The notes below the pieces were generated by a model. It saw only the letters and a list, made by a program, of their open reading frames with translations. It made no database searches and was not told the origin of the DNA. A program made the position numbers and the translations under genes. Below, in pieces: positions 18,806-28,772 of a DNA stretch of 64,000 nucleotides. This stretch comes from an uncultured delta proteobacterium (GTDB taxonomy: Bacteria; Desulfobacterota; Binatia; Binatales; Binataceae). Every line of letters begins with the position of its first letter. The first letter of the stretch is position 1. The stretch covers positions 992,001 to 1,056,000 of the forward strand of contig CAVRVY010000001.1 in assembly GCA_963724765.1 (NCBI GenBank). The letters run 5' to 3'.

Positions 18806-19942
18806 TCAAATCTGTTCCACCACTGTTGCGATGCCCTGGCCGATCCCGATGCACATCGTCACGAGCCCCAGACGCGCGCCGCGCCGGCGCATCTCGTGCG
18901 CCAGCGTCACCATCAGCCGCGCCCCCGAGCATCCCAGCGGATGCCCCAGCGCGACCGCGCCGCCGTTGACGTTGAGCCGGTTCTCGTCGATCGCGAGGTC
19001 GGTGTTGCAGGCTAGCACCTGCGCCGCGAACGCCTCGTTGATTTCTACCAGGTCGATATCGCCCATCTTGAGCGCCGCGCGGCCGAGCACCTTGTGCGTC
19101 GCCGGCACGGGACCCCATCCCATGATTTCCGGCCTCACGCCGGCGACGGCAGTCGCGCGAATCCGCGCCATCGGCTTAAGCCCAAGCGCGCGCGCCCGCT
19201 CGGCGCTCATCATCAGCACGGCGGCCGCGCCGTCGCATACCTGCGAGGAGTTACCAGCGGTGACCTGGCCGCCGTCGGGTTTGAATGAAGGCTTCAGCGC
19301 CGCGAGCCGCTCCATGCTGGTGTCCGAGCGCGGCCCCTGGTCAATGTCGACCAGCCCGCTCGCCAGGCGCACCGGCACGATCTCTTCCTTGAAGCGTTCG
19401 CGCGCCGCGATCGCGCGCTGATGCGACCGCAGCGAGAACGCGTCGGCCTGCTCGCGCGTAATTCCGTACATCGCGGCCAGCCGCTCCGCCGTCAGCCCCA
19501 TCACGAACATATCCTGCGGAAACAGGTCGAGCAGCTTGGGATTGGGCAGCAGCCCGGAGCCCATCGGCACGTGGCTCATCTGCTCGACGCCGCCCGCGAT
19601 CATGACCTCGCCGGCGCCGGTCATTATTTCGTAGGCGGCAAAGTTGACCGCCTGCAGGCCCGATCCGCATTGGCGGTCGACCGTGGTGCCCGCGACCTCG
19701 ACCGGCAGCCCCGCCAGCAGCGCGATCATGCGACCGATGTTCAGCCCCTGCTCGCCCGACTGGTTGGCGCATCCCCAGACCACGTCCTCGATTTCCGCCG
19801 GGTCGAGCTTGCGATTGCGCTCGAGCAGGCGGCGCACGCACATCACTGCTAGGTCGTCGGCGCGGATGTCTTTGTAATAGCCGTCCTTGTTGGAGCGGCC
19901 GATTGGCGTGCGAATTCCGTCAACGATTACCACGTCGTGCAT
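18806..19942 (-). CDS. Thiolase (acetyl-CoA C-acyltransferase)
   Basis: RTPIG, DRQCGSG, EINEAFA, GHPLGCSG and MCIGIGQG motifs. Confidence 0.95.
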   Translation of the reverse strand: MHDVVIVDGIRTPIGRSNKDGYYKDIRADDLAVMCVRRLLERNRKLDPAEIEDVVWGCANQSGEQGLNIGRMIALLAGLPVEVAGTTVDRQCGSGLQAVNFAAYEIMTGAGEVMIAGGVEQMSHVPMGSGLLPNPKLLDLFPQDMFVMGLTAERLAAMYGITREQADAFSLRSHQRAIAARERFKEEIVPVRLASGLVDIDQGPRSDTSMERLAALKPSFKPDGGQVTAGNSSQVCDGAAAVLMMSAERARALGLKPMARIRATAVAGVRPEIMGWGPVPATHKVLGRAALKMGDIDLVEINEAFAAQVLACNTDLAIDENRLNVNGGAVALGHPLGCSGARLMVTLAHEMRRRGARLGLVTMCIGIGQGIATVVEQI

Positions 19943-20091
19943 GCTTTGCGCCTCCGGGGCAAAAATCGGGCATAGTTGACATCGAGCCGAGCGGCGGTCC
20001 ATGAGTCTAACATGCGTCGAGGCGTGCCCGGCAGAGGTTCCACAGGCGAGGCCGGCGCCGTGCCGCGGGCGCAAACGGCGGGCGAGGGTAG

Positions 20092-21288
20092 GTGACTATG
20101 GCCGCTAGCGAACGAAGCTCCAGTGCGATTTCGGCCAGCCGGCAGTACGCCCCTTACGTCGAGGCGGACTGGGGTTTCAAGAACACGTGGTACCCGGCGC
20201 TCTTCAGCCACGAGCTGGGCGAAAATAGCGTCAAGGGCGTCACGATGGCCGGCCACGACATCGCGCTGCGCCGCTCGGGCGGCAAAGTCTTCGCCTTGCG
20301 CGACCGCTGCGCCCATCGCGGAGTCAAAATGTCGCTGCGCCCGATGTGCCTGACCGCCGAGACGCTGAGCTGCTGGTACCACGGCTTCACCTACGGGCTG
20401 GACGACGGCGTGCTGAAGACCATCGTCGCCTCACCCAACGACCCGCTGATCGGCAAGGTGCGCATCCGCACTTACCCGGTGATGGAACGCGCGGGAATAA
20501 TCTTCGTCTTCGTCGGCGACGAGGATTTCGCGCCGCTGCCGCCGCTGGAAGCCGACCTGCCGATTCGGATCACTGACGACGCCAACGCCGTCGCGCACAT
20601 CCTCGATGAGAAGGTTTACGTCCGCGGTATCCATCGCACCGGCAATTCCAACTGGCGTCTGGCGGCCGAGAACGGCTTCGACCCGGGCCATCTTTTGATC
20701 CATTGGGACAATCAGATCGTCGCAGCGACTGACCGCAAGCTCGGCCTCGGCGTCGAGCCGATCGGCGAGGAGGCGATCAAGATCATCGACGAGCCCGACG
20801 GCCCCAAGGGAATAATGAACATGTACAACACGCGCGCGTACAAGTTCATCATGGAAAACAAGGCGGTGAACATGCGCGCGCGCGGCAAAAATTCCTACTA
20901 CGCGCGCACCTCGATGGTCCTGCCGGGCATCCTGCTGGTCGAGCATTGGCCAAGCCCGGGATGGGCGCAGTACGAATGGTATGTGCCGACCGACGACAAG
21001 CATCACGAGTACTGGGAAATCCTGGTCGGCCGCTGCCGCAACGAAGACGAGCGGCGCGAGGCGGATTACCTGTACGATAATTTTTTCGAGCCGCTGGCGT
21101 TGCGCGACTTCAACGACAACGACTTGTTCGCGCGCGAGGCGACGCAGGACTTCTACGAGCGAGGCGACGGATGGAACCGCGAGTCGCTGTGTGCCTTCGA
21201 CGCCGCCACCATCACCTGGCGCAAGGTCGCGGCCCGCTTCAACCGCGGCATCCAGGAGCCGCCCGAATCGAGCAACGCGTCGCACTGA
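20092..21288 (+). CDS. Rieske oxygenase, CarAa/OxoO-like (alpha3-type N-heteroaromatic oxygenase)
   Basis: APYVEADWGFKNTWYP N-terminus, Rieske CAHRG...CWYHG, ENGFDPGHLLIH iron site, YEWYVP and FNDND. Confidence 0.88.
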   Translation: MTMAASERSSSAISASRQYAPYVEADWGFKNTWYPALFSHELGENSVKGVTMAGHDIALRRSGGKVFALRDRCAHRGVKMSLRPMCLTAETLSCWYHGFTYGLDDGVLKTIVASPNDPLIGKVRIRTYPVMERAGIIFVFVGDEDFAPLPPLEADLPIRITDDANAVAHILDEKVYVRGIHRTGNSNWRLAAENGFDPGHLLIHWDNQIVAATDRKLGLGVEPIGEEAIKIIDEPDGPKGIMNMYNTRAYKFIMENKAVNMRARGKNSYYARTSMVLPGILLVEHWPSPGWAQYEWYVPTDDKHHEYWEILVGRCRNEDERREADYLYDNFFEPLALRDFNDNDLFAREATQDFYERGDGWNRESLCAFDAATITWRKVAARFNRGIQEPPESSNASH

Positions 21289-21332
21289 GAGCGATAACGC
21301 CGACATCCGACGCATCCTATCATCCCGCATCG

Positions 21333-22388
21333 ATGCCCACTGAAGCCATCTCCACGCCGCCCGCCGCCGCAAACGCTCAGCGCGTGACGCTGCGCTTCGA
21401 GGACGGCGTCGAAAAGGAGATCGAAGCGGGCGCGGATGAATTCGTGCTCGACGCGGCGCTGCGCCAGGGTGTGCCGCTGGTCTACCAGTGCCGCTCCGGA
21501 AGCTGTTCGACCTGCGTTGGACAGATGGTGAGCGGGACGCTCGAGATGGTGCGCGATCGGGCGCTCTCGCTTATCGCATCGGAAATCGCCGAGGGCAAGC
21601 GCCTGCTCTGCAGTTCGCACGCGCTTGCGCCGAGCGTGGTGCGGCTGCATTACCCGAGCGCGCTGATTTACGCGGAAGAGCGCCGCAATTTCGAGGCGAG
21701 CGTGGCGGGCGTCGAATGGCCGGCGCCCTCGGTCGCGAAACTTGAAATCAAACTCGACCGCCGCGCCGGGGTTTCGTTCCACGCCGGGCAGTACGTGCGA
21801 ATCAAGGTGCCCGGCACCGAGGAGTGGCGCTCGTACTCGATGTGCTCGACGCCGCGCGATCTGCCGAAGATGGAATTCCTGGTGCGGATCATCCCGGGCG
21901 GCGTGATGTCGGAATATCTGCGAGCGGCGCGCGAGGGCGAGGGTCTCGAAGTCGAGGGGCCGCTCGGCGCATTCATCCTGCATCCGGGCAAAAGGTTGCA
22001 CGTTTTCGTCGCCGGCGGCACCGGGCTCGCGCCGATTCTCGCGATGATCGATGAGATTCGGCGCGCGAGCGGCCCGAAACCGAAAATGCTGCTGAGCTTC
22101 GGATGCGCGAGTGACAAGACGTTCTTCTATCGCGACGAAATTGAGCTGCGTCAATGGTGGATTCCACAATTAAGCGTGCGTCTCTCGGCCGATCGCGTCG
22201 AGGACCCGGCTTCGGGGCTCATCCAGGGGACGCCAGTCGATGCGCTTGGCGCGGAGGCGATCAACGATCCCGAGGCAGCGGCGTATTTGTGCGGTCCGCC
22301 ACCGATGATCGAAGCGGCGCGCCGGCGCCTGGCGGAATTGGGCGTGCGCCCCGAGCGAATCTATGCCGAACGCTTTGTCGCGAGTTGA
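21333..22388 (+). CDS. Oxygenase reductase (2Fe-2S ferredoxin + FAD/NAD domains)
   Basis: CRSGSCSTC...LLC, RSYS, GGTGLAP, YLCGPPPM and ERF motifs. Confidence 0.92.
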   Translation: MPTEAISTPPAAANAQRVTLRFEDGVEKEIEAGADEFVLDAALRQGVPLVYQCRSGSCSTCVGQMVSGTLEMVRDRALSLIASEIAEGKRLLCSSHALAPSVVRLHYPSALIYAEERRNFEASVAGVEWPAPSVAKLEIKLDRRAGVSFHAGQYVRIKVPGTEEWRSYSMCSTPRDLPKMEFLVRIIPGGVMSEYLRAAREGEGLEVEGPLGAFILHPGKRLHVFVAGGTGLAPILAMIDEIRRASGPKPKMLLSFGCASDKTFFYRDEIELRQWWIPQLSVRLSADRVEDPASGLIQGTPVDALGAEAINDPEAAAYLCGPPPMIEAARRRLAELGVRPERIYAERFVAS

Positions 22389-22442
22389 GCGACGCGCATA
22401 ATTGTCCGAATCGCGCCGGGCGCGTCAACCCTAAGCAGGAAC

Positions 22443-23951
22443 ATGCTGATGGCCAGCACGCACGCAGTCGTAATCGGTGGAAGTTTTTCGGGCCTGTTCG
22501 CGGGCCGCGTGCTGAGCGACTTCTTCGATCGCGTCACGGTGCTCGACCGCGACAGCTTTCCCAAAGGCGTCGAGGACCGCGCCGGTGTCCCGCAGGCGCG
22601 TCACGTGCACGGTCTGCTGGTGCGCGGACTTTGGGAGTACGAGCGCGCGTTTCCCGGCTTCGAGCGACTGGCGGTCGAGAAGGGCGCGACCTTTCACGAC
22701 CATACCTGGGATTTCGTCGTGCTGCGGCCGCAGGGATGGCAGCCGCGGTACCGCTCCGATCTTAAATTTCTGAGCGCGAGCCGCGAGCTTATCGAATCAT
22801 GTGTGCGCGATCTTTTCCGCAAGCTGCCCAAGGTCGAACTGCGGGAGCGCGTCGCGGTGACCGGGCTTAAAGTTACGCGCGAGGGCGGCAGGCCGCGATG
22901 CCTCGGCGTGACGGTTCCGGCGGGCGAAAGCGCCAAGGCCGCGATCATCAAAGACGGCAACACCGCGGTCATCGAAGGCGGCAAAGCCGCAGTCATCGAG
23001 GCCGATCTGATCGTCGACGCGAGCGGCGCGGTCTCGCGCGCGCCGGCCTGGCTCGAGGCGGCCGGACTCAAGCCGCCGCGCGAGAGCGTGGTCGATCCGC
23101 TGGCGGGCTATTCCTCGCGATGGTTCAAAGGGCCGCCGCCCGGCCAGTGGCCCGAGCAATGGTGGTGGGGGGCGGGTGCTTACATCCGCCGGCGCCCCGA
23201 CGATTTGACCGAGGCCAACTTTCAGCTCAAGGAGCACAATCGCTGGCATCTCACGCTTTCCGGCTTCAATCGCCGCTATCCGCCGACCCACGAGGCCGAG
23301 TTCATGGAGTCGCTCAAGCGGATGCGCTCGCCGATCATCGACGAGATGACGCGGCTGATGGAGCCAATCTCACCGGTGTACGCCAACCGCGCGATGCGCA
23401 ATCACTGGCGTCACTACGAGCGCTGGAACGAGCGCCTGGACGGCTTCATCGCGATCGGCGACGCGTTCTGCCACTACAACCCGGTGTACGCGCAGGGGAT
23501 GACGGCGCTGGCGCTCTCGGCCACGATGCTGCGCGCATGCCTGGAGAAGTATGGGCCCGCGGCGCCGGAGTTACCGCGCGAATTTTTTGACGCCGAGGCG
23601 CGAATCCAGCACGACCCGTGGAAATTATCGGCCGGGGTGGACCTGCGCTTTCCGTTCACGCTCGGGGAGCGGCCGTTCTCGATGAAGTTATTCAACCTCT
23701 ATCTCGACGGCGTGGGATTGGCGGCGAAGGATCCGATCGTCCGCCGGCGCCTGGTCGAAGTTGCCCAGCTCATCCGCCCGCTCTCCGATCTTTTCGCGCC
23801 GGCCGTGGCAGGGCGCGTGGGCGTAGCAGCCGCGGCCAACGCGCTTCGCGCGCTGGCCGGATTTGTCGCGCGGCCCGAGCCGATCGCGATCTCACCGATG
23901 CCGCCAATGTTACCCGCGGCGGCGCCCGGCGGCGAAGCGGCGGTCGCCTAA
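22443..23951 (+). CDS. FAD-dependent oxidoreductase/monooxygenase
   Basis: VIGGSFSGL, VPQARHVH, VDASG and IGDAFCHYNPVYAQGM motifs. Confidence 0.85.
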   Translation: MLMASTHAVVIGGSFSGLFAGRVLSDFFDRVTVLDRDSFPKGVEDRAGVPQARHVHGLLVRGLWEYERAFPGFERLAVEKGATFHDHTWDFVVLRPQGWQPRYRSDLKFLSASRELIESCVRDLFRKLPKVELRERVAVTGLKVTREGGRPRCLGVTVPAGESAKAAIIKDGNTAVIEGGKAAVIEADLIVDASGAVSRAPAWLEAAGLKPPRESVVDPLAGYSSRWFKGPPPGQWPEQWWWGAGAYIRRRPDDLTEANFQLKEHNRWHLTLSGFNRRYPPTHEAEFMESLKRMRSPIIDEMTRLMEPISPVYANRAMRNHWRHYERWNERLDGFIAIGDAFCHYNPVYAQGMTALALSATMLRACLEKYGPAAPELPREFFDAEARIQHDPWKLSAGVDLRFPFTLGERPFSMKLFNLYLDGVGLAAKDPIVRRRLVEVAQLIRPLSDLFAPAVAGRVGVAAAANALRALAGFVARPEPIAISPMPPMLPAAAPGGEAAVA

Positions 23952-23965
23952 GGCGGAGGTGCACG

Positions 23966-25303
23966 ATGGCCAGTGAGACGCGGCAAGTTGCGGCCGGGCC
24001 CGAACAGGAACGATGGTACGCCGAGGCGTGCGCGCGCCTGGATCCCGCGCGGTTGAAGCGCCTGCTGCTCGGCCTGGTCGATATCCCCAGTCCGACCGGC
24101 GCCGAACGCGCCGCGAGCGAGTTTATCGCCGCCTGCATGCGCGAGCGTATCGACGGTGCGCGCGCCTTTTATCAACCGATCAATGAGGAGACCGGCAACG
24201 CGGTCGGCGAACTGCGCGGCAGTGGCGGCGGCGCGGCGCTGATGCTCTATGCGCCGCTCGATACCAACCTCGAAGGCGATCCCGACAAGGACCTTCCGTG
24301 GGCCGGCTCCACGATGCGCCGCGACATGATCCCGCGCGCCGTGGCGGACGGCGATTTCGTCTTTGGCCTGGGCGCAGCGAATCCCAAGTGCATGGTCGCG
24401 ACGCTGGTGGAGGTCGCTACCGCGCTCGGCGAGGCGCGCGTGCCGATCCGCGGCGATCTGATCGCGGCATTCGCTGGTGGTGGGATGCCGGTCAACGTCG
24501 CGGCGCGGAGCAACTGGGGGATGAGCAGCGGGCTGTATCACCTGCTCTCGCGCGGTGTGGCGCCGGACTTCGCAATCATCATGAAGCCGGTGTGGCGAGT
24601 GTTCGCCGAGGAGCCCGGGATGTGCTGGTTCAAGGTGACAGTGCGGGGCACGCTGGGCTACGCGGGAACGCCGCGCGGCACACCGGGCTTCCAGAGCTCG
24701 ATCGTTCCCGGCGCACGCATAATCGAGGAGCTCGAAGCATGGATCGCACAATACACCGCGCGCAACAGCTCCGCGGCGATCGCGGCCGAAGGCCATATCG
24801 CGGCCGTGCGCGCCGGATGGCCGGAGCGGCCGGCCTTTCCCTCAGCGGCGACGGAAATCTATCTCGACCTAAGGTGTAATCCGCGCACCACGCCGGCCGA
24901 AGTGCGCGCGCAGTTCGCCGAGGCCGTGGGCGCGATCGCGGCGCGCCATCCCGAGGTCGGCGTGGAGTGGGAGATGGTCGGAGCGGTCGCGGGCGGCGCC
25001 ACCGATCCGGACAATTGGATCGTTCAATCGTGCCGGCGCGGATGGGAGCGCGTCGCGGGACGCCCGCACGGCGATCCGCCGCGCCTGGGCGGCCAGACCG
25101 ACGGCGCCCTGATCCGCCGGATGGGAATTCCGTGCGCACGAATCGGCTTTCCTGCGCCGCCACGCAACTGTCCGCCGGAGTACCGTCAGGGGCTCGGCGG
25201 GATGGGGGTTGCGTATGTGCCCGACCTGGTCAGGACCGCGCACGCGATCATGTATGCGGTGGTTGACACGCTGACGCGCTCGCGCGCGGAACTCGGGCTG
25301 TAA
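23966..25303 (+). CDS. M20/ArgE-fold deacylase-like protein with atypical metal site
   Basis: LVDIPSPTGAE, GNAVG, GLGA and GQTDG motifs; SD ggagg; canonical His/Asp/Glu ligands appear substituted. Confidence 0.75.
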   Translation: MASETRQVAAGPEQERWYAEACARLDPARLKRLLLGLVDIPSPTGAERAASEFIAACMRERIDGARAFYQPINEETGNAVGELRGSGGGAALMLYAPLDTNLEGDPDKDLPWAGSTMRRDMIPRAVADGDFVFGLGAANPKCMVATLVEVATALGEARVPIRGDLIAAFAGGGMPVNVAARSNWGMSSGLYHLLSRGVAPDFAIIMKPVWRVFAEEPGMCWFKVTVRGTLGYAGTPRGTPGFQSSIVPGARIIEELEAWIAQYTARNSSAAIAAEGHIAAVRAGWPERPAFPSAATEIYLDLRCNPRTTPAEVRAQFAEAVGAIAARHPEVGVEWEMVGAVAGGATDPDNWIVQSCRRGWERVAGRPHGDPPRLGGQTDGALIRRMGIPCARIGFPAPPRNCPPEYRQGLGGMGVAYVPDLVRTAHAIMYAVVDTLTRSRAELGL

Positions 25304-25332
25304 CGCGCGAGCAGTAACGGCGAGCCGGTCGA

Positions 25333-26544
25333 TTAGATGATGCCGGCGGCGCGCAGCGCCGCTATTTTCTCCGCGTCGTAACCCGCGACCTCGCGCAGCA
25401 GACGCTCCGTATGTTCGCCGAGCGCGGGCGCACGGGTGTTAGGCGTGGCGGATGGTCCCGCGGCCTGGCCCGCGGTTTTGAGCGGCGAGCCAGGGACGAT
25501 AAGTCCGTCGAAGGTGGGATGCTCGGCGTGCAGGATCATCTGGCGCGCCTCGAGTTGCGGGTTGCGGCTGACCTCAGCCACGTTGGCGATCGGTGCGCAA
25601 GGGACGCCAGCGTCGCCAAGCAGCTTGAGCCAATGCTCGCGCGGTTGGGCGGCGAAATGGCGGCTCAAAATCGGTTCGAGTTCGGCGTGATTCGCCGTGC
25701 GCTCGGCGTTGAGCGTAAAGCGAACGTCGCTTTTCAGCTCAGGCGTGCCGATCGCGTCGCAAAAGCGCGCCCATAGCGATTCATTGCCGGCGCCCGCGAC
25801 GAAGTATCCGTCGGCCGCGCGAAACTGCTGAAAGGGCGTGATCGACGGATGGCGCGAGCCCAGCGGACCCGGCACTTTGCCGGTCGCGGAATAGCGCGCC
25901 AGCGCGTCCTCCAGCAGCGCGACCTGGCAATCGAGCATCGCGATATCCAGATGGCGTCCCACGCCGGTGCGCTCGCGCAGCCGCAGCGCCGACAGGATCG
26001 CGATCACGCCATAGAGCGCAGCGGCCAGGTCGCCAATCGACACGCCGCATCGCGTCGGGTCGCCGTTGGCCGGCCCGGTGATACTCATCGTGCCGCCGAG
26101 CGCCTGCGCAACGATGTCGTAAGCCGGCGCGGAAGCCATCGGGCCGCTCTGTCCGAAACCCGAAATCGAGCACAGGATGACGCGCGGGTTGGCCGCGGCC
26201 AGTTCCGCGTAGGCCAGGCCGAAACGTTCCATCGTGCCCGGCGCGAAATTCTCCAGTACCACGTCGCAGTGCCGCACGAGGTCGAGCGCGACGGTTACGC
26301 CCGCGGGCTTGCGCAGATCGAGCGTCGCGCTCAGCTTGCCGCGGTTGACGCTGTAGTAGTAGCCCGAGTCGTTGGAGTTGGGGATGCGCGGGGCGTAGCC
26401 GCGCGAGTCGTCGCCGCGCCCGGGCAGTTCGATCTTGATGACCTCGGCGCCGAGGTCGGCGAGATTCATCGCGCAAAACGGTCCCGCCAGCACCCGGCTC
26501 AGATCGAGCACGCGAATACCCGCAAGCGGCCTTTCATCGATCAT
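25333..26544 (-). CDS. CaiB/BaiF family CoA-transferase III
   Basis: LDLSRVLAGP, NRGK, ENF, SGFGQSGP and PALGEHT motifs. Confidence 0.95.
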   Translation of the reverse strand: MIDERPLAGIRVLDLSRVLAGPFCAMNLADLGAEVIKIELPGRGDDSRGYAPRIPNSNDSGYYYSVNRGKLSATLDLRKPAGVTVALDLVRHCDVVLENFAPGTMERFGLAYAELAAANPRVILCSISGFGQSGPMASAPAYDIVAQALGGTMSITGPANGDPTRCGVSIGDLAAALYGVIAILSALRLRERTGVGRHLDIAMLDCQVALLEDALARYSATGKVPGPLGSRHPSITPFQQFRAADGYFVAGAGNESLWARFCDAIGTPELKSDVRFTLNAERTANHAELEPILSRHFAAQPREHWLKLLGDAGVPCAPIANVAEVSRNPQLEARQMILHAEHPTFDGLIVPGSPLKTAGQAAGPSATPNTRAPALGEHTERLLREVAGYDAEKIAALRAAGII

Positions 26545-26568
26545 CGAAATCTTCTCTCGAACCCTTCA

Positions 26569-27747
26569 TTATCGCCGCCGCGGTCGCGCCTGTTGCTGCT
26601 GCGCGCGCATCGCCTCGGCCGGTGTCATGATGAGACGCGGCTCTTCGCGCTCGCGCTCCTGCTCTTCGGCGAAGACCGTCCCAAGCTGTGCGCGAATCAG
26701 CGCCTGGAAGAACGGGATGCGGCTCGCGTCGGCGCCGTCGCGCAGACGCGCCGCGGCGGCCGCGGCCCATCCCGCAGCGTCGCGCCGCCCGCTGCGCGCC
26801 ATGTAATAGGCGATATCCTCGAGCCGCCGCCGCACCGCGGCTGCGCGCTCGCCGCCCAGCAACTCGCCGACGGCGCGTTCGACGACGATGTTGATGCGTC
26901 CTTCCTGCTGGACGCGATTCAGCACCAGCACGCTTTCCTGGATCGACTTAATCTCGTCGACGTACGGTTTAATTTCCGCGGGCGGAAATTTCCACGCCGC
27001 GATCTCGGGCTCCTTGAGCAGGTCCGCAGCCGGTTCATGTTCCAGCGCGGAGGCCATCTCGGCATAGATCGGATGGACGATTTCCATGGGCGGCGGCGAG
27101 CCGACGATTTCCGTGCGCAGCGTCAGAAAATTTCCGACCTGCGAGCGCTTGCCAGCCGGCGTGCGGCGAAACGCCTCGCACAGGATGTAATCGGCCAGAT
27201 GCGCGTCGCCTTCGACCATCGTGACGCCCGCGCGTCGCTCCATCTCGGCGCGCTCGTTGCGCAGCTCGCGGCGCGAAAGCTCGCTCAGCGCGACATTGAT
27301 GAGGCCTTCGGTGTCCGCGAGCAGGCCCCAAAGGCGCGCGATTCCGCCGCCCCGGCGTTCCTTCAGCAGCCATACGATGCGCGCGCCGTCGGCGTCGACG
27401 GGCGAGAACAGCGCGCTCAGCGCCGGCCCGGCCGACGGCGCAGCCGCCGGCCGGGCCGGCGCTGCCGCCACGGCCGCCGGCGCGATTCCGCGCTGGCGCA
27501 GCCGGAACAACGCTCGGCGGACTTCGCGGCGCAACGCGCCGCTCGCCCCCGCTTCCATCGCGGCGAGCATCGCCGCCGCCTCCACGCTCGCGATCGCGCC
27601 GAGGGCGCGCGCGATCGCCGCCGGGCTCACGCCCTGCGCCGAGCGCAGCTCGCCCAGGCGTGCGAGCGCCTCGGCGGGCGTCGCGGCCGGGTCGAAGCCG
27701 GCCGCGCGCAGGCTTGCGTCCTCGTGCTCGATGTCGTTGTGGGTCAT
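26569..27747 (-). CDS. Hypothetical protein (helical N-terminus)
   Basis: 392 aa with protein-like composition, co-oriented with the CoA transferase; family not recognised. Confidence 0.7.
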   Translation of the reverse strand: MTHNDIEHEDASLRAAGFDPAATPAEALARLGELRSAQGVSPAAIARALGAIASVEAAAMLAAMEAGASGALRREVRRALFRLRQRGIAPAAVAAAPARPAAAPSAGPALSALFSPVDADGARIVWLLKERRGGGIARLWGLLADTEGLINVALSELSRRELRNERAEMERRAGVTMVEGDAHLADYILCEAFRRTPAGKRSQVGNFLTLRTEIVGSPPPMEIVHPIYAEMASALEHEPAADLLKEPEIAAWKFPPAEIKPYVDEIKSIQESVLVLNRVQQEGRINIVVERAVGELLGGERAAAVRRRLEDIAYYMARSGRRDAAGWAAAAAARLRDGADASRIPFFQALIRAQLGTVFAEEQEREREEPRLIMTPAEAMRAQQQQARPRRR

Positions 27748-27899
27748 CGTCGGTGGGTCATTGTTGGTGAGTCATCGTCGGTAAAATTATCGGCGATCAA
27801 AGAATATGCGGATTCGCCGCGGCGGTGCGAGCGTATGCGGCGGCTTTGCGCGATGTCAAGAAAGACGGATCAAGACGAACGCCGATTTGGCCCGGTCGG

Positions 27900-28091
27900 C
27901 TAGCCGACCAGCCCGATATGCGTCAGGAGTTCGCTCAGCCACAACGGCGGCTGGGCCTTCGCGCGAGCCGCTTTGTAGTCCGTATCGCACAGGCGCAGCT
28001 TTACTTTCTTGCCGTTCGCGGGGTCCGTCATCGTGCGCAGCTTTCCCGGCTGATCGCAGTCGGGCCGCTGGCAGGGGGTCTCTTGGGCCAT
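27900..28091 (-). CDS. Small Cys-containing hypothetical protein (63 aa)
   Basis: SD AGGAG; CQRPDC...LCDTD, possible metal knuckle. Confidence 0.65.
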   Translation of the reverse strand: MAQETPCQRPDCDQPGKLRTMTDPANGKKVKLRLCDTDYKAARAKAQPPLWLSELLTHIGLVG

Positions 28092-28209
28092 CGCCTTCTC
28101 TCCTGCTCAGGACATCGTTGGGCGCGCCTGATATTGTTGCACGGCCGCCGGTCTTTCAAGCACGGCCGCGAGCCTTTCAAAAGGCGCAGCGCAACGAAAA
28201 CGGCGTAAG

Positions 28210-28734
28210 ATGCGTAACCTTGAGGCCAAATTCTGCCTGGGCGATCTCGAAGCGGCGCGCGCGGCCGCGCTTGGTCTCGGCTATACGGCAAGCGCGAGCT
28301 TCATCCAGCGCGACACGTTCTTTGTGGTCTCCCGCGGCAAGCTCAAGTTGCGCGAGCAGCCGCCTGAGGCCTGGCTGATTCACTATGAGCGCGATCGCGA
28401 GAGTGGGCTGATGCTCAGCCGCTACGAGATCGTGCCGGTTGCCGATCCCACGCGCACGCGCGAGATGCTCACGCGCTCGATCGGCGTGCTCGCCGAAGTG
28501 CGCAAGCATCGCACACTGCTCACCCGGCGCAACGTCCGCCTCCATCTCGACCGCGTCGAGACGCTGGGCAACTTCGGCGAGATCGAAGCGGTACTGGGCG
28601 AGCGGAGCGAGAAAGGCGCGGGCGAGGACGCCGGTTCCGCGCGCGGGGCGGTCGATGAACTGCTCGCCGCGCTCGGCGTCGGCGCGGGCGAGCTTATTGA
28701 CGTGTCGTATTTCGAGCTGATGATGCGCCGCTGA
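28210..28734 (+). CDS. CYTH / class IV adenylate cyclase-like protein
   Basis: NLEAK, QRDTFF, KLRE, VRKHR, HLDRV..LGNFGEIE and SYFEL motifs. Confidence 0.9.
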   Translation: MRNLEAKFCLGDLEAARAAALGLGYTASASFIQRDTFFVVSRGKLKLREQPPEAWLIHYERDRESGLMLSRYEIVPVADPTRTREMLTRSIGVLAEVRKHRTLLTRRNVRLHLDRVETLGNFGEIEAVLGERSEKGAGEDAGSARGAVDELLAALGVGAGELIDVSYFELMMRR

Positions 28735-28772
28735 AAAGCGCGCGCGTCAGGCATTTCGCACCGGGACCGCGT

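Noticed and set aside
25849-27903. 684-aa plus-strand ORF
   Set aside because: Antisense shadow of two real genes; Arg/Ala-rich high-GC artefact.
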